Shown here: piece by piece, positions 29,006 through 39,413 of the stretch
How positions within the stretch are numbered: the first letter of the stretch is position 1
How the letters are laid out: the number at the start of each line of letters is the position of its first letter
Source of the DNA: a virus
Strand: one strand, 5' to 3'
Virus record (IMG/VR): IMGVR_UViG_3300031578_000004
Location: 66,359 to 130,358 of that record
Length of the DNA stretch: 64,000 nt
Translations under genes and position numbers: made by a program
Notes under the pieces: generated by a model
What the model was told of the DNA's origin: nothing
The model's database searches: none
The model's input: the letters and a program-made list of their open reading frames with translations, nothing else

Positions 29006-29974
29006 ATGCCTAGAGCAAATAAAAACAGTAAACAACTAAAAGCGGTGTCTGGTGAAGGATATTGCAGAAAATGTACCAATACATTGCCACTAGACAAATT
29101 CTACGAAACAACAAACAGGGATTTAGATACAAATGGAAAAACATCTATTTGCAAAGAATGTTGTAATTCTATTTATGATGTATATGCTGATAAATATAAA
29201 AGTATGGAAAAGGCTTTATATTTGACTTGTCAAGATTTAGATATGATGTTCAGTAAAGAAACTTTATTGCAAACACAATCTCATATAAATGGAATGGTGG
29301 AAAAAGGAAAAAATATAACTAAAGTTTTTGGTATTTACAAAAGTAAATTAAGCTCTACTGGTAAAAACAATTCAAAATTAGAGTCTATTAGATTTAAAGA
29401 TAGTAATGAATTAGTAGATGAACAAAATAACGATGTAACAAGTGATAGTTTTGATGAAGATATAGAAGATGATTTAATATTATTTTGGGGTAGAGGATTT
29501 GATTTAGATGACATAATATTTTTAGAAACGGAATTGTCAAGTTGGAAACAAACTCATAAATGTGACAATCAGGCAGAATTAACATTATTGAAAGAAATAT
29601 GTATAAAAATTTTAGATATAAGAAAATCAAGGGAAAAAAAAGAAAATGTAGGGACTCTTCAAAAAGAGCTACAAGACCTGTTTAAAACTTGTTCTGTTGA
29701 CCCTGCAAAAGCAAATTCTGCAAGTGCAGGTAAGTCTCATGAGGCATTTGGTATTTGGGTTAAGGATATAGAACAACTTCGTCCTGCTGAATGGTTTGAA
29801 CAACAAGAAAAATATAAAGATATGGATGGTTTCGTTCCGTATATAAAGAATTATATAGTTCGTCCCATAGAAAATTTCTTAACAGGTGTGAGAAATTTCT
29901 TTGTAGACGATAATATTGATGCGGATTTGGATAGTGTTGATGTTACTTCAAATGACGGTGAAACAAATGGGTAA
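29006..29974 (+). CDS. Putative terminase small subunit with N-terminal zinc finger
   Basis: CRKC...CKEC; overlaps the large terminase start; SPbeta-like position. Confidence 0.6.
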   Translation: MPRANKNSKQLKAVSGEGYCRKCTNTLPLDKFYETTNRDLDTNGKTSICKECCNSIYDVYADKYKSMEKALYLTCQDLDMMFSKETLLQTQSHINGMVEKGKNITKVFGIYKSKLSSTGKNNSKLESIRFKDSNELVDEQNNDVTSDSFDEDIEDDLILFWGRGFDLDDIIFLETELSSWKQTHKCDNQAELTLLKEICIKILDIRKSREKKENVGTLQKELQDLFKTCSVDPAKANSASAGKSHEAFGIWVKDIEQLRPAEWFEQQEKYKDMDGFVPYIKNYIVRPIENFLTGVRNFFVDDNIDADLDSVDVTSNDGETNG

Positions 29975-32907
29975 ATCGTATAGTAAATATGAAAATGACT
30001 TTAAGAAATACTCAGGTCATAGCAATCAATTTAAAGCACCTAAATCAATGATAAAAGAAAAAGATAGAAATGAATTATGGCAAGAAAATCTAATTGATTG
30101 GATTACATTCTATCGCCGTAATATTCATAGATTTATACAACATTATTTTGGAGTACAATTATATTGGTATCAAATTATATGGATATATTTTATGAGTATA
30201 AGTGAAAGTTTTGTTACAATAGCATCGAGAGCCTCTGCGAAATCGTGGCTAATCGCCCTATTAGCATATGCTCGTGGGTCGCTTTACCCCAACAGCGAAA
30301 TTGTAATCGTGGCAAATTCTATGAAACAGGCTGCGGTTATTTTTGGAAAGATGGCAAGATTAAAAGATGATTATTCAAATATTGCAAGAGAAGTAAAAGA
30401 TTTTTCTGATACTCAAAATAACTGTAGTTGCCTATTACATAATGGTACAACAATTAAGGTTGTAGCGTGTCAGGAAAGTGGTCGTGGAGAACGTTCAACT
30501 TTCACAATTGGAGAAGAATTTCGGATTATGGATAAACAGAAATTCGATAGTATAGTAAAACCTTTTGCCTATGCTAGACAAACTCCTTATTTAAAAAATC
30601 CGAAATATTCAAATATAAAAGTATTAATAGAAGAACCAAGACAAATTCTTATATCTTCTGCATATCATAAAGGTTTGTGGTGGTATAAAGAAACATTAGA
30701 TACAATAAAAATGATGTTAGAAGGTAAAGATGCTGGTTTTATAGCTTTTGATTATTTAATTGCTATAAAACATAATATAAAAACTAAAAAGGCGATAGCA
30801 AGAGACCGTTCTACTATGGATGAAATCACTTTTCTTGAAGAATATGAAAATATTCCTTGGGGAGAAAACAGTAATGCTTATTTTAAATTAGAGATGTTTA
30901 ATAAAAATAGAAGCATTAAAAAAGCTTTTTATCCTTTAAGAAAAGATATTTTAGATAGTAAAAAAAATCCATATGACATAAAAAGAGTAGATGATGAAAT
31001 TAGACTTGTATCTGTGGATATAGCTACAAGAAAAAATGAAAAAAATGATAATAGTATAATAACATGCATTAGACTTATACCAACTTCTAAAGGCTATGTA
31101 AGAGAATATGTTTATATGGAAAGTCATCAAGGTGAACATACTGGAAAACAAGCATTAAGGATAAAGCAAATATATCATGATTTTAGTGGTGATTATATTG
31201 TACTTGATTTACAGCAAGCTGGGATGAACTTACTTGTCCTCCTTATAAGAAATTATAGGGTAATAAATTGCGGAACTAAGCGGGAAGGCTGAAATGCTAA
31301 TCCGAACCGAAGGCTATAATATAAAAGGTGTAGTCAGGGGCAGAGCATAGGTGATGAGGAAACAATAATTCACCCAAGAGTCCGCAACATCTAAAATTGA
31401 ATAAATTACTTCTAAACATCTCTAAAGGAGGTGTTTTTATTTGCTAATTTCAGAAACCGTTGAAACAAAATGGAATTCAAGAACTAAAAAATATTATGAA
31501 TTACTAGGCTATATTTATACAAAAATGAAAGATTCTTTTATTGTAGATGTTTATGATTTAAAAGATAATAGTATGATTTATGTAGATGTACGATGTGAAT
31601 ATTGCGGAGAAAAATATTCAATATTATGGCTACATAGAACTAAAATGGTTTCAAAAAATATAAAGCATAAAGATTGTTGTCTAGCTTGTACTCCTAAAAA
31701 AGCTTCTGAAACGATGTTGTTAAAATATAATAGTAAAAATGCTATGTATATTAACGAATTTAAAGAAAAACAAAAACAAACTGTTTTAAATAATTATGGT
31801 TGTGAAAATGTTTTTCAAAGTGAAGAAGTTAAAAATAATATAAGACAGGGAAATTACCAAAAATATGGAGTAGAAAGTTACACTCAAACTGAAGAATGTC
31901 AAAATAAAAGAAAAGAAACATGCTTATTAATATATGGTGAAACAAGTCATATGAAAACTAAAAAATACAAATTAATGTTTACTGGGAAAAATAATCCTGT
32001 ATGGAAGGGTGGAATTAGGACAAAAAGAACAGAAAGAATAACTAACGAATATAAAGAATGGAGATTATCTGTTTTTGAAAGAGATAGTTATGAGTGTTCT
32101 AAATGTCATCAAAACTCCCATGATTTACAGGCACATCATATTTTATCTTGGAGAGACAACGAAGATAAAAGATATGACGTTGATAACGGTATTACATTAT
32201 GTTTGACTTGTCACCAAGAATTTCATAAAATTTATGGGAAAACCATAGCAAATAGAGATGATTTATTAGAATTTATTCAAAAATGATGAAAATATATGCC
32301 GAACTATTAGGAATTATAACTAATAGAACTATAGAATAAAAAGTCTGTAGGATAACAAATTTGAAGTGTATTTGAACAATTAGCAGTTGTAACTAAAGAT
32401 GATGAAAGAGGTATTGAATATGATGCTTTAACTGTTTATGAACATAAAACTATAGATAAATCTTTAATTGCTGAATTAAAAGAAAAAACATTAGGTATAA
32501 AAGCAAAACCTGTTATTTATCCAATAATGGCAAGTGCAAAATTAAATAGTGAAATTGCTGTTGATTTTAGAGATAAATTACAAAGAGGTTTAATTAATTT
32601 TCTTGTGAATGAAAATGATGCAGAAAGTTATTTAACTAAAAATAATAAAGAATATTCAAATTCAAAAGATATAAATTTAAGAGTGTGGTATACGTTGCCT
32701 TATATTGAAATAGAATTACTTGCAAACGAGACAATTAATCTTGAATATTCTGTTGTAAGTGGAAATATTAAATTAGAGACTTCGGGAACGGCAAGGAAAG
32801 ATAGGTATACAAGTTGCAGTTACGGTAACTTCGTAGCTTCGTTGTTAGAACTTGATTTTTTAAAAAATGGTGATTCAGACTATGATTTTGTTTTTACCTA
32901 TAGCTAA
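29967..32907 (+). CDS. Terminase large subunit, spliced: exon 1 29967-31225, exon 2 32364-32907
   Basis: ASRASAKS Walker A, IGEEFR Walker B, VSVDIA nuclease Asp, C-terminal RKDRYTS; the join reads LDLQQAG-I-SVFEQL. Confidence 0.9.
31226..32363 (+). mobile_element. Group I intron in the large terminase gene
   Basis: Exon ends GGGAU paired to IGS GUCCU (U-G wobble); ACUU pairs exon 2 AAGU (P10); P3 TTGCGG/CCGCAA; P7 GCATA/TATGC; terminal G; splicing restores the frame. Confidence 0.88.
31441..32286 (+). CDS. Intron-encoded HNH homing endonuclease
   Basis: VFERDSYECSKC...AHHI...NGITLCLTCHQEFH; N-terminal zinc finger and KYG repeats. Confidence 0.9.
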   Translation: MLISETVETKWNSRTKKYYELLGYIYTKMKDSFIVDVYDLKDNSMIYVDVRCEYCGEKYSILWLHRTKMVSKNIKHKDCCLACTPKKASETMLLKYNSKNAMYINEFKEKQKQTVLNNYGCENVFQSEEVKNNIRQGNYQKYGVESYTQTEECQNKRKETCLLIYGETSHMKTKKYKLMFTGKNNPVWKGGIRTKRTERITNEYKEWRLSVFERDSYECSKCHQNSHDLQAHHILSWRDNEDKRYDVDNGITLCLTCHQEFHKIYGKTIANRDDLLEFIQK

Positions 32908-32924
32908 TACATTAATACAATAAC

Positions 32925-33003
32925 TATAAAATTATATATAAATATAAAATTATATATAAATATAAAATTATATATAAATATAAAATTATATATAAATATA
33001 AAA
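32925..33003 (+). repeat. Tandem 18-mer TATAAAATTATATATAAA, four copies plus a partial
   Basis: Units start at 32925, 32943, 32961, 32979. Confidence 0.92.
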
Positions 33004-33046
33004 TATATAAAACTAAAATTAAATAAAAAAGAAAGGAGGATTTCAA

Positions 33047-34639
33047 TTGGAAGAAAATACTCAAAACACTTCTCAATCTCAACCACTTGAAGCTTCCCAT
33101 ATGATTGAATTAAATGCGATGTCTTTATCAAGTTATTTTTTTAGTGAAGCATTAACAACTGGAATATCATTAGAACAATTAAGATTATATTGTAGATATC
33201 CTATGAAATATAATATTCAATTGCGAAAAATTAGTCGTGAAATGTATGGATTAAATGGAGTCTTTGCTAATGTATGTGATTATTATGTATCTATGCCTTC
33301 ATTAGATAAAATTACTACATGTTATGATAATACACCACAAAATCAAAAGAAAAGAAAATTATATGATTTAATGTTAGATAAAATTAATCATAAATTATCT
33401 TCAAGAGATATTTTATTAAAAGTATGTATAGATGGTATGTACATTGGTTATTTACGTGATTCTATAGCTACAAACAAAGATGCACAAATTCAAGAAGGAT
33501 TAGTTGACAGTATGACAATTCTTGAAGGTTTAGCTATAGATGATTCTTTTATGATAAATCCGTTAAATCTTGATTTTTGTAAAATATTAGGTTTTCAAAA
33601 TAATGATTATGTTGTTGGTTTTGATATGATGTATTTCAATCAATTCGTAGGAAATGATTTATTGGGAGAAATTAAGAATTTTCCCTCTGAATTGATTAAA
33701 GGCTATTTATCATATAAAAAAGATAATTCTAAAAGATGGTTAAAATTAGACCAATCTAAAACGGTTGTATTAAAAATCAAAAGTAATATTGATGAACCTT
33801 TTGGTAGAGGATTGGCTATATCGGCATTATCAGATATGTTCTTTTCAGACCAATATACTGAAAGTCAAAGAGCAAACATTATTGAAAATGCTGGTACTAT
33901 TAGATGGTTAAAACAACCTTCTGGTGAAAAAAAAGGGACTTCCGCTTTAACTAAAGAACAACAGCAATCACAATATGAAAATTTTAAATCGGCAGTTTTA
34001 TCTAATGCAAGTGGGTCGGATAGAAGAATTGGAAAAACAACTACTTTAGTTTTAGCACCAGATACAGAAGTTGGAAAACTTGAAACAAATACTAATGACA
34101 CATCAAAAACATTAACAGATGAAAATATTAAAAGAATATCTACAGATTTAGGATTTGCTTCAGGAGCATTAAATGGAGAAGGAAATTCCACATATAGTAG
34201 TTTACAAATTAATATAGAATTAATTTTAACACAAGTTTATCAATGGTTAGAACAAATTTCATGGCAATATACAAAAGTATTTAATAATGTTATTAATTCT
34301 AAAGGTAAAGACATTATTAAATTTATATATTTAAAAACTTCTTCATTGAATAAAGATAATGAATATAATATTGCAAAAGAAATGTTTACTTTAGGTTCTG
34401 GCTCTAGACTATGGTTATATGCAGTTGGTTCTGGAGATATTGATACTTATATGTCATTGATGGAGTATGAAAAATCAATGGATATGGATACACTGTATCC
34501 TCCACACCCTATTTCATTCACTACTAGTGGAGATAATGGAGATGAAGGTGGAACACCTACTAAAAATTCTAGCAATCCGAATACAGTAAAATCAAAAACA
34601 AATAACTCAAATAAAACACCTAAACCATCGACTAAATAA
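33047..34639 (+). CDS. Portal protein (YonE-like)
   Basis: 530 aa directly after the terminase; PFGRGLAISAL motif; disordered C-terminal tail. Confidence 0.78.
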   Translation: MEENTQNTSQSQPLEASHMIELNAMSLSSYFFSEALTTGISLEQLRLYCRYPMKYNIQLRKISREMYGLNGVFANVCDYYVSMPSLDKITTCYDNTPQNQKKRKLYDLMLDKINHKLSSRDILLKVCIDGMYIGYLRDSIATNKDAQIQEGLVDSMTILEGLAIDDSFMINPLNLDFCKILGFQNNDYVVGFDMMYFNQFVGNDLLGEIKNFPSELIKGYLSYKKDNSKRWLKLDQSKTVVLKIKSNIDEPFGRGLAISALSDMFFSDQYTESQRANIIENAGTIRWLKQPSGEKKGTSALTKEQQQSQYENFKSAVLSNASGSDRRIGKTTTLVLAPDTEVGKLETNTNDTSKTLTDENIKRISTDLGFASGALNGEGNSTYSSLQINIELILTQVYQWLEQISWQYTKVFNNVINSKGKDIIKFIYLKTSSLNKDNEYNIAKEMFTLGSGSRLWLYAVGSGDIDTYMSLMEYEKSMDMDTLYPPHPISFTTSGDNGDEGGTPTKNSSNPNTVKSKTNNSNKTPKPSTK

Positions 34640-34650
34640 GGAGGTGAAAT

Positions 34651-36129
34651 ATGAAAAACAAAATAATTGAAATATCAAAAATGAATGAAGTCACAGGGCG
34701 TTCGTCAATAAAAATAGCAATGCACGAAATTTATGATTCTAATGAAGTTTATAATAAAAATGGAATATCATGGAGTGAAACTTATACTGAAAATAATTTA
34801 GATTCATGTATTGGAATGCCTATATGTGTTTCATTTATTGATGATGCAAATACAATACCTTCTGGACATGGAGAATTTGAGGTTTTAGATGATGGTACGG
34901 TAACTTTTGGTACTTCTTCTGTAGTGGTAGGTTCAATAGAAAAAGCATATATAGGAAATATTGAAATTGATGGAACAATAAAAAAGGTTGCAATTGCAGA
35001 AGGATATTTATTTTCGCAACGCTACACTTCCTTCGTTGATTGGCTGAAAGAAACAATAAATTCTGAGCAAATTACAACGTCTATAGAAATTGGTGCAAAA
35101 GCACCAAATACTGAAATTATATATGATGGTGGATATAAAACAAAAGGGCGTGTACCTCAAGATTATTGTTACACAGCAACAGCTATACTTTATATAGTTG
35201 AACCTGCTGATGATTCTGCTATAGTAATTGAAGTAAATAAAAATATTAATAACGAGGTGAATGTTGAATTGAAAAATAAAAAGAGAACAATCAAAGGACA
35301 AACTTTTGAAATGAATGCTTTAAATTATTATGATATTTGTTCAATTATAACAAAAGCATTTAATAAGATTATGAATCCTACTTGCAGTAATTGGTGTTGG
35401 GATTATTGTATTCATAAATTTTACCCTACAGAATCATATGTAATTATGTGTAAATATGATGATGCAGGAGAATATTGGAAAACGCCATATACAATAACAA
35501 ATGGAGATATCACACTTGGCGATATAACAGAAGTTGAAGAGGATTGGAAACCTACTAATGAAGTTCAAGAAATGCAGATTGATTTATCTTCTCTAAAGGA
35601 AGATTTTATTAATAAAGAAGAAAATGTTTGTAAACAACAAGAAAACAATTCTAATAAAGGAGGTAATAATGAGATGGATGAAACTAAAATTCAAGAACTT
35701 AATTCTAAAATTGACGAGTTATCTAATAAAGTTACCGAGTTAAATTCAACTGTTGTTGAAGCTAATAAGGCTTTGGAAACTGAAAAAAATGAGAAGATAG
35801 CTATGGTTGAAGAATTAAATTCTTTAAAGGTATTTAAGGAAGAGAAGGATTTAGAAGCCAAGAAGGCAGAAATTAATTCATATTTTACAACTGAGGTTTT
35901 AAAAAATGGTTTTACAGAAATTGAAATTAATTCTCTTAAAACAGATTATGTAGATAAAATGGATTTGGATGGTTTGAAGAAAATTGAAGCAGAATTATGT
36001 GTGAAGAAAGTAAAAGAACTTAATTCTATACAAAAAAATGTGGAAGTTAATTCAAAAGACAATTCCGATTTATTTATGGCAATTCACAACACTGAAAAAT
36101 CAGACGAAGATATGTCTGATTTATTTTAA
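34651..36129 (+). CDS. Prohead protease/scaffold fusion (YonD-like)
   Basis: NKNG...GH...TSIE N-terminal domain and C-terminal coiled coil; follows the portal. Confidence 0.68.
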   Translation: MKNKIIEISKMNEVTGRSSIKIAMHEIYDSNEVYNKNGISWSETYTENNLDSCIGMPICVSFIDDANTIPSGHGEFEVLDDGTVTFGTSSVVVGSIEKAYIGNIEIDGTIKKVAIAEGYLFSQRYTSFVDWLKETINSEQITTSIEIGAKAPNTEIIYDGGYKTKGRVPQDYCYTATAILYIVEPADDSAIVIEVNKNINNEVNVELKNKKRTIKGQTFEMNALNYYDICSIITKAFNKIMNPTCSNWCWDYCIHKFYPTESYVIMCKYDDAGEYWKTPYTITNGDITLGDITEVEEDWKPTNEVQEMQIDLSSLKEDFINKEENVCKQQENNSNKGGNNEMDETKIQELNSKIDELSNKVTELNSTVVEANKALETEKNEKIAMVEELNSLKVFKEEKDLEAKKAEINSYFTTEVLKNGFTEIEINSLKTDYVDKMDLDGLKKIEAELCVKKVKELNSIQKNVEVNSKDNSDLFMAIHNTEKSDEDMSDLF

Positions 36130-36153
36130 TTAAAAATTAAGGAGGAAATAATA

Positions 36154-36960
36154 ATGAGTTTATTTAAATTTAATTCAATTCAAGCTTTAGTTAACGCAAA
36201 AAATAATCCTAGAGTTAGAGCAACAGCTGAAATAAAAAATGGTTACATTCTTACAGTAGAGGAAAAACATGTTGGAACTGGTACAAAATCGTTGGCTGAT
36301 ATTACTGTAGGTGGAACACCTGCTGCTGGTACTTTAAAAATTAGTGTTGGTGGCTATAGAGCTGATGTAACAACAACTGCTACAACTGCTGCTGCTACTG
36401 CTACAGTTATATATAATACATTATTAACTATATTAACACCATATGGTTATATATTGGATAATACTACATCAGCACATGTAAAAATTACTGCACCTACAAA
36501 TAGTTCTGATACAAGTTCTATTGCTGTAGTCGTAATAGATGCAGGTGTAAGTGGAGTTACATTTAGTACTGCTACAACCGCTGGTACTTTAACTGCGTCT
36601 TATGATGAAGCTACAAAAACTATTACAACTCTTACTGCTACAGATAGATATTATATAGCAATGAATATAATTGATACACCTGAATTATGGAAACAAAGTG
36701 ATTTTGCTATATCTGAAGGTGGTTATGTTAATACGTTTGAACTTAATCAATTAATTGGTTATCCTGTGGAAATATCAAGTGATTTGGTTACTACAGCATT
36801 TGTATCAGTAGATGCAGATGGAACTGATTTCCTTGTACCTGATACTTCCAATGCATATAAATGGGTTAAGGCAGATTCAAAGGGTAATGCAGCAGTAGCA
36901 ATAAAAGTACTTGAAAAAACTACTTTCGGTGGAACTGGTTTCTACGGAAAATTAGTTTAA
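36154..36960 (+). CDS. Putative capsid decoration/structural protein
   Basis: Between scaffold and major capsid genes; Thr/Ala-rich beta-type insert. Confidence 0.55.
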   Translation: MSLFKFNSIQALVNAKNNPRVRATAEIKNGYILTVEEKHVGTGTKSLADITVGGTPAAGTLKISVGGYRADVTTTATTAAATATVIYNTLLTILTPYGYILDNTTSAHVKITAPTNSSDTSSIAVVVIDAGVSGVTFSTATTAGTLTASYDEATKTITTLTATDRYYIAMNIIDTPELWKQSDFAISEGGYVNTFELNQLIGYPVEISSDLVTTAFVSVDADGTDFLVPDTSNAYKWVKADSKGNAAVAIKVLEKTTFGGTGFYGKLV

Positions 36961-36988
36961 TATTATAATATAAAAGGAGGAAAATTTA

Positions 36989-38107
36989 ATGAGTAAAATA
37001 TATGAATTAAATAATTTTCAGGCAAAACCTGAAATTAATAGCATTGTATCAGAGCATACATATAATGAAAAATCACCAGTAATTGAAATCTTTTCTGCAA
37101 TGATAAAAGGCGAGGACACAAGCAAGTATGGAGAAAAGGCAAATAAAGCATATAATTATATAAAAACATTGGCAGCAAATGCACTTGCTGGAGATGGAAA
37201 AGCTAAAGTAGAATTAAATACTATTACATCAGTAATGATTCAAGCACCTCTTTTAAAGAGATTACAGTTACTTTCATTTATGGGTAATGTAACTAATGTA
37301 GCTTATAATGAAAGATTGCTTTATAAAGTATATAAATTACAAGGTAAAATGTCTAATTTCCAAGCTAGTCAAGGCGATGTTACTTTTGCAACTGAAACTT
37401 GGGATTACAGAGAAATGTCCACACAAACTATTTCTGGTGGTACTGCTGTAAACTATAGAGAACTTGCTACAGGTAATTTTGATAATCAAGGAGTATTAAC
37501 TGAACAAGTTATTACAGATATGATGAACAAAGTTTTCTACAAAATAATGGTAGACCTTTATAGTGGAGTTAAAAATGCTACAGGTATTAAACATTTCGTA
37601 GAAGCATCAGGTATTACATCACAATCTGTAAAAGATATGGTAAAAGTAATACGTAGATGGGGTAATGTAGGTCTTTCTGGAGATTTTTCAGTAGTTTCTC
37701 AATTAAATGATTTTGTTGGATTTAAAGCATCATCTGGAGTAGGTACTAATTTACAATTACCAACAACAGTAGTTGAAGAAATTATGAAAACAGGATTGTT
37801 AAATACTTTCTTTGGTTCTTCTGTAGTTGAAATACCTAACACTTACAATTTAACTAAACTTAATTCTGCTGGTGATAATTATGAAACATACTTACCAGAA
37901 GGTTTATTATTTGCTATGGTTAATGGTGAGAAATCACCTTTACAAGTTGGTTATAGAGGTGGTTTAACTTCTAAAGCAGGTTTTGACGTAGTTACAGGTA
38001 ATGAAATTACAAGATTTGATATGGAAGTAGGTTCAGTTGTTATTCCAGAATACGTCCCAACTATGGGTATTATTTCAGATTCAAACTTTGCTGTAGATAA
38101 AACATAA
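36989..38107 (+). CDS. Major capsid protein
   Basis: 372 aa, strongly biased codon usage, synteny, followed by a terminator. Confidence 0.78.
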   Translation: MSKIYELNNFQAKPEINSIVSEHTYNEKSPVIEIFSAMIKGEDTSKYGEKANKAYNYIKTLAANALAGDGKAKVELNTITSVMIQAPLLKRLQLLSFMGNVTNVAYNERLLYKVYKLQGKMSNFQASQGDVTFATETWDYREMSTQTISGGTAVNYRELATGNFDNQGVLTEQVITDMMNKVFYKIMVDLYSGVKNATGIKHFVEASGITSQSVKDMVKVIRRWGNVGLSGDFSVVSQLNDFVGFKASSGVGTNLQLPTTVVEEIMKTGLLNTFFGSSVVEIPNTYNLTKLNSAGDNYETYLPEGLLFAMVNGEKSPLQVGYRGGLTSKAGFDVVTGNEITRFDMEVGSVVIPEYVPTMGIISDSNFAVDKT

Positions 38108-38133
38108 TTAGTATAAATATAAAAATATAATAT

Positions 38134-38168
38134 AAGGGAGTAAATTAGTAAATATTTACTCCCTTATT
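38134..38168 (+). terminator. Terminator after the major capsid gene
   Basis: AAGGGAGTAAAT...ATTTACTCCCTT inverted repeat. Confidence 0.7.
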
Positions 38169-38200
38169 AAAATTAAAGGATATTTTATGGAGGTTATTTT

Positions 38201-38722
38201 ATGGAAAAAAAAATTATAGAAAAAGAAATTATAGAAAAAGAAAACAAAGGTTATATAAAACCGAATATGGATTCATTCACTACTTGTAGAAATTTATGCA
38301 ATTGGAGTTTATACTTTTCACTTCCATCTGTTTTAGGTGGAGAAAAAACAATAAAGTCTAATGGTACAATTGATTTACTCAATAGAGAAATTAAATTATT
38401 ATGTGATAATAATGATATATTTTTTATTGGAACTGGTGAGGGTAATCATGCTAGAATTTTCGTAGATGACGAAAATATGAGAGTTTATTTAGGTTTTGAA
38501 TCTGAGGATGGTAAAAGAAAACAAAATATAATATCAGATGAAAAATGCCAAAAACTCTTTGATTATAAAACGCATAGTACTTTTGAAAAACATATAAACG
38601 AAGATATTATCACAGAACATGAAAAAGATTTTATAATGAGTTACGCACGTAAAAATAAAATTAATGATTTTGAGAAGATTGACTTTTTAGAAAATTTTTG
38701 TAATAAAAAATTTAAAATATAA
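38201..38722 (+). CDS. Hypothetical virion-module protein
   Basis: GGAGG RBS; position after the capsid gene. Confidence 0.65.
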   Translation: MEKKIIEKEIIEKENKGYIKPNMDSFTTCRNLCNWSLYFSLPSVLGGEKTIKSNGTIDLLNREIKLLCDNNDIFFIGTGEGNHARIFVDDENMRVYLGFESEDGKRKQNIISDEKCQKLFDYKTHSTFEKHINEDIITEHEKDFIMSYARKNKINDFEKIDFLENFCNKKFKI

Positions 38723-38734
38723 GGAGGAATTTTT

Positions 38735-39160
38735 ATGACTCCTTTGCAACAAATTTATGATGCTTTTCTTGGAAAAATAGATGAAAATATGTTTGGCAAA
38801 GAAGCTCAAATATTTCAATGGTTAAATTCTGCAAGAGCTAAGTGTAAAAAATATGTTATTCATTCTTTAGATTATGTATTAGATTCTCCAGTTTTACCTG
38901 AAACAGTTTCTTATGATGGAAATTTTCTTGTTAATTTAGATGATGATGAAATTGATTTAATAGCTATGCAGATGAAATATGAATATTATGACAAAAAGAA
39001 TGCTTATTTAATTGGACTTAAAAGAGAAATAGGAACAAAAGATTTTAATTCGTTACCAAATAAAAAGCAAGAATTAGATGGAATATGTAATGTAATGAAA
39101 ATAATTAAAGAAGACATTAAAGAATTACAACAACAATTTAACACTTATAAATATAATTAG
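38735..39160 (+). CDS. Putative head-tail adaptor
   Basis: MTPLQQIYDAFLGKI...LDDDEIDLIA pattern; synteny. Confidence 0.6.
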   Translation: MTPLQQIYDAFLGKIDENMFGKEAQIFQWLNSARAKCKKYVIHSLDYVLDSPVLPETVSYDGNFLVNLDDDEIDLIAMQMKYEYYDKKNAYLIGLKREIGTKDFNSLPNKKQELDGICNVMKIIKEDIKELQQQFNTYKYN

Positions 39161-39170
39161 GAGGGATATT

Positions 39171-39413
39171 TTGAAAGAGATTTTAATAAAAACATCACAG
39201 GGAGAAATGTCCCTTCAATTCCTATGTGATAAAGAATATAGGCGAATTTGTGCAATTTTAAATATGATTGAAACGGAATTTAATACTTCTATGTCTCAAC
39301 ACTTAGAATTAAGAAAATATTTATTAGATACAGGTAATTTCATTCAAAAAATACCCGAAATGATTTCAGAAATAATTGAAGTTAAGGGTGATAAAAATGA
39401 ATACAAGAAATGA
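39171..39413 (+). CDS. Hypothetical protein
   Basis: GGAGG RBS, 80 aa. Confidence 0.6.
   Translation: MKEILIKTSQGEMSLQFLCDKEYRRICAILNMIETEFNTSMSQHLELRKYLLDTGNFIQKIPEMISEIIEVKGDKNEYKK

Noticed and set aside
32527-32907. Independent 126-aa gene (and likewise the 42902-43618 ORF)
   Set aside because: Both are second exons of intron-split genes
32925-33003. CRISPR array
   Set aside because: Head-to-tail repeats without spacers; no cas genes; the 13321-13410 repeat has only two copies
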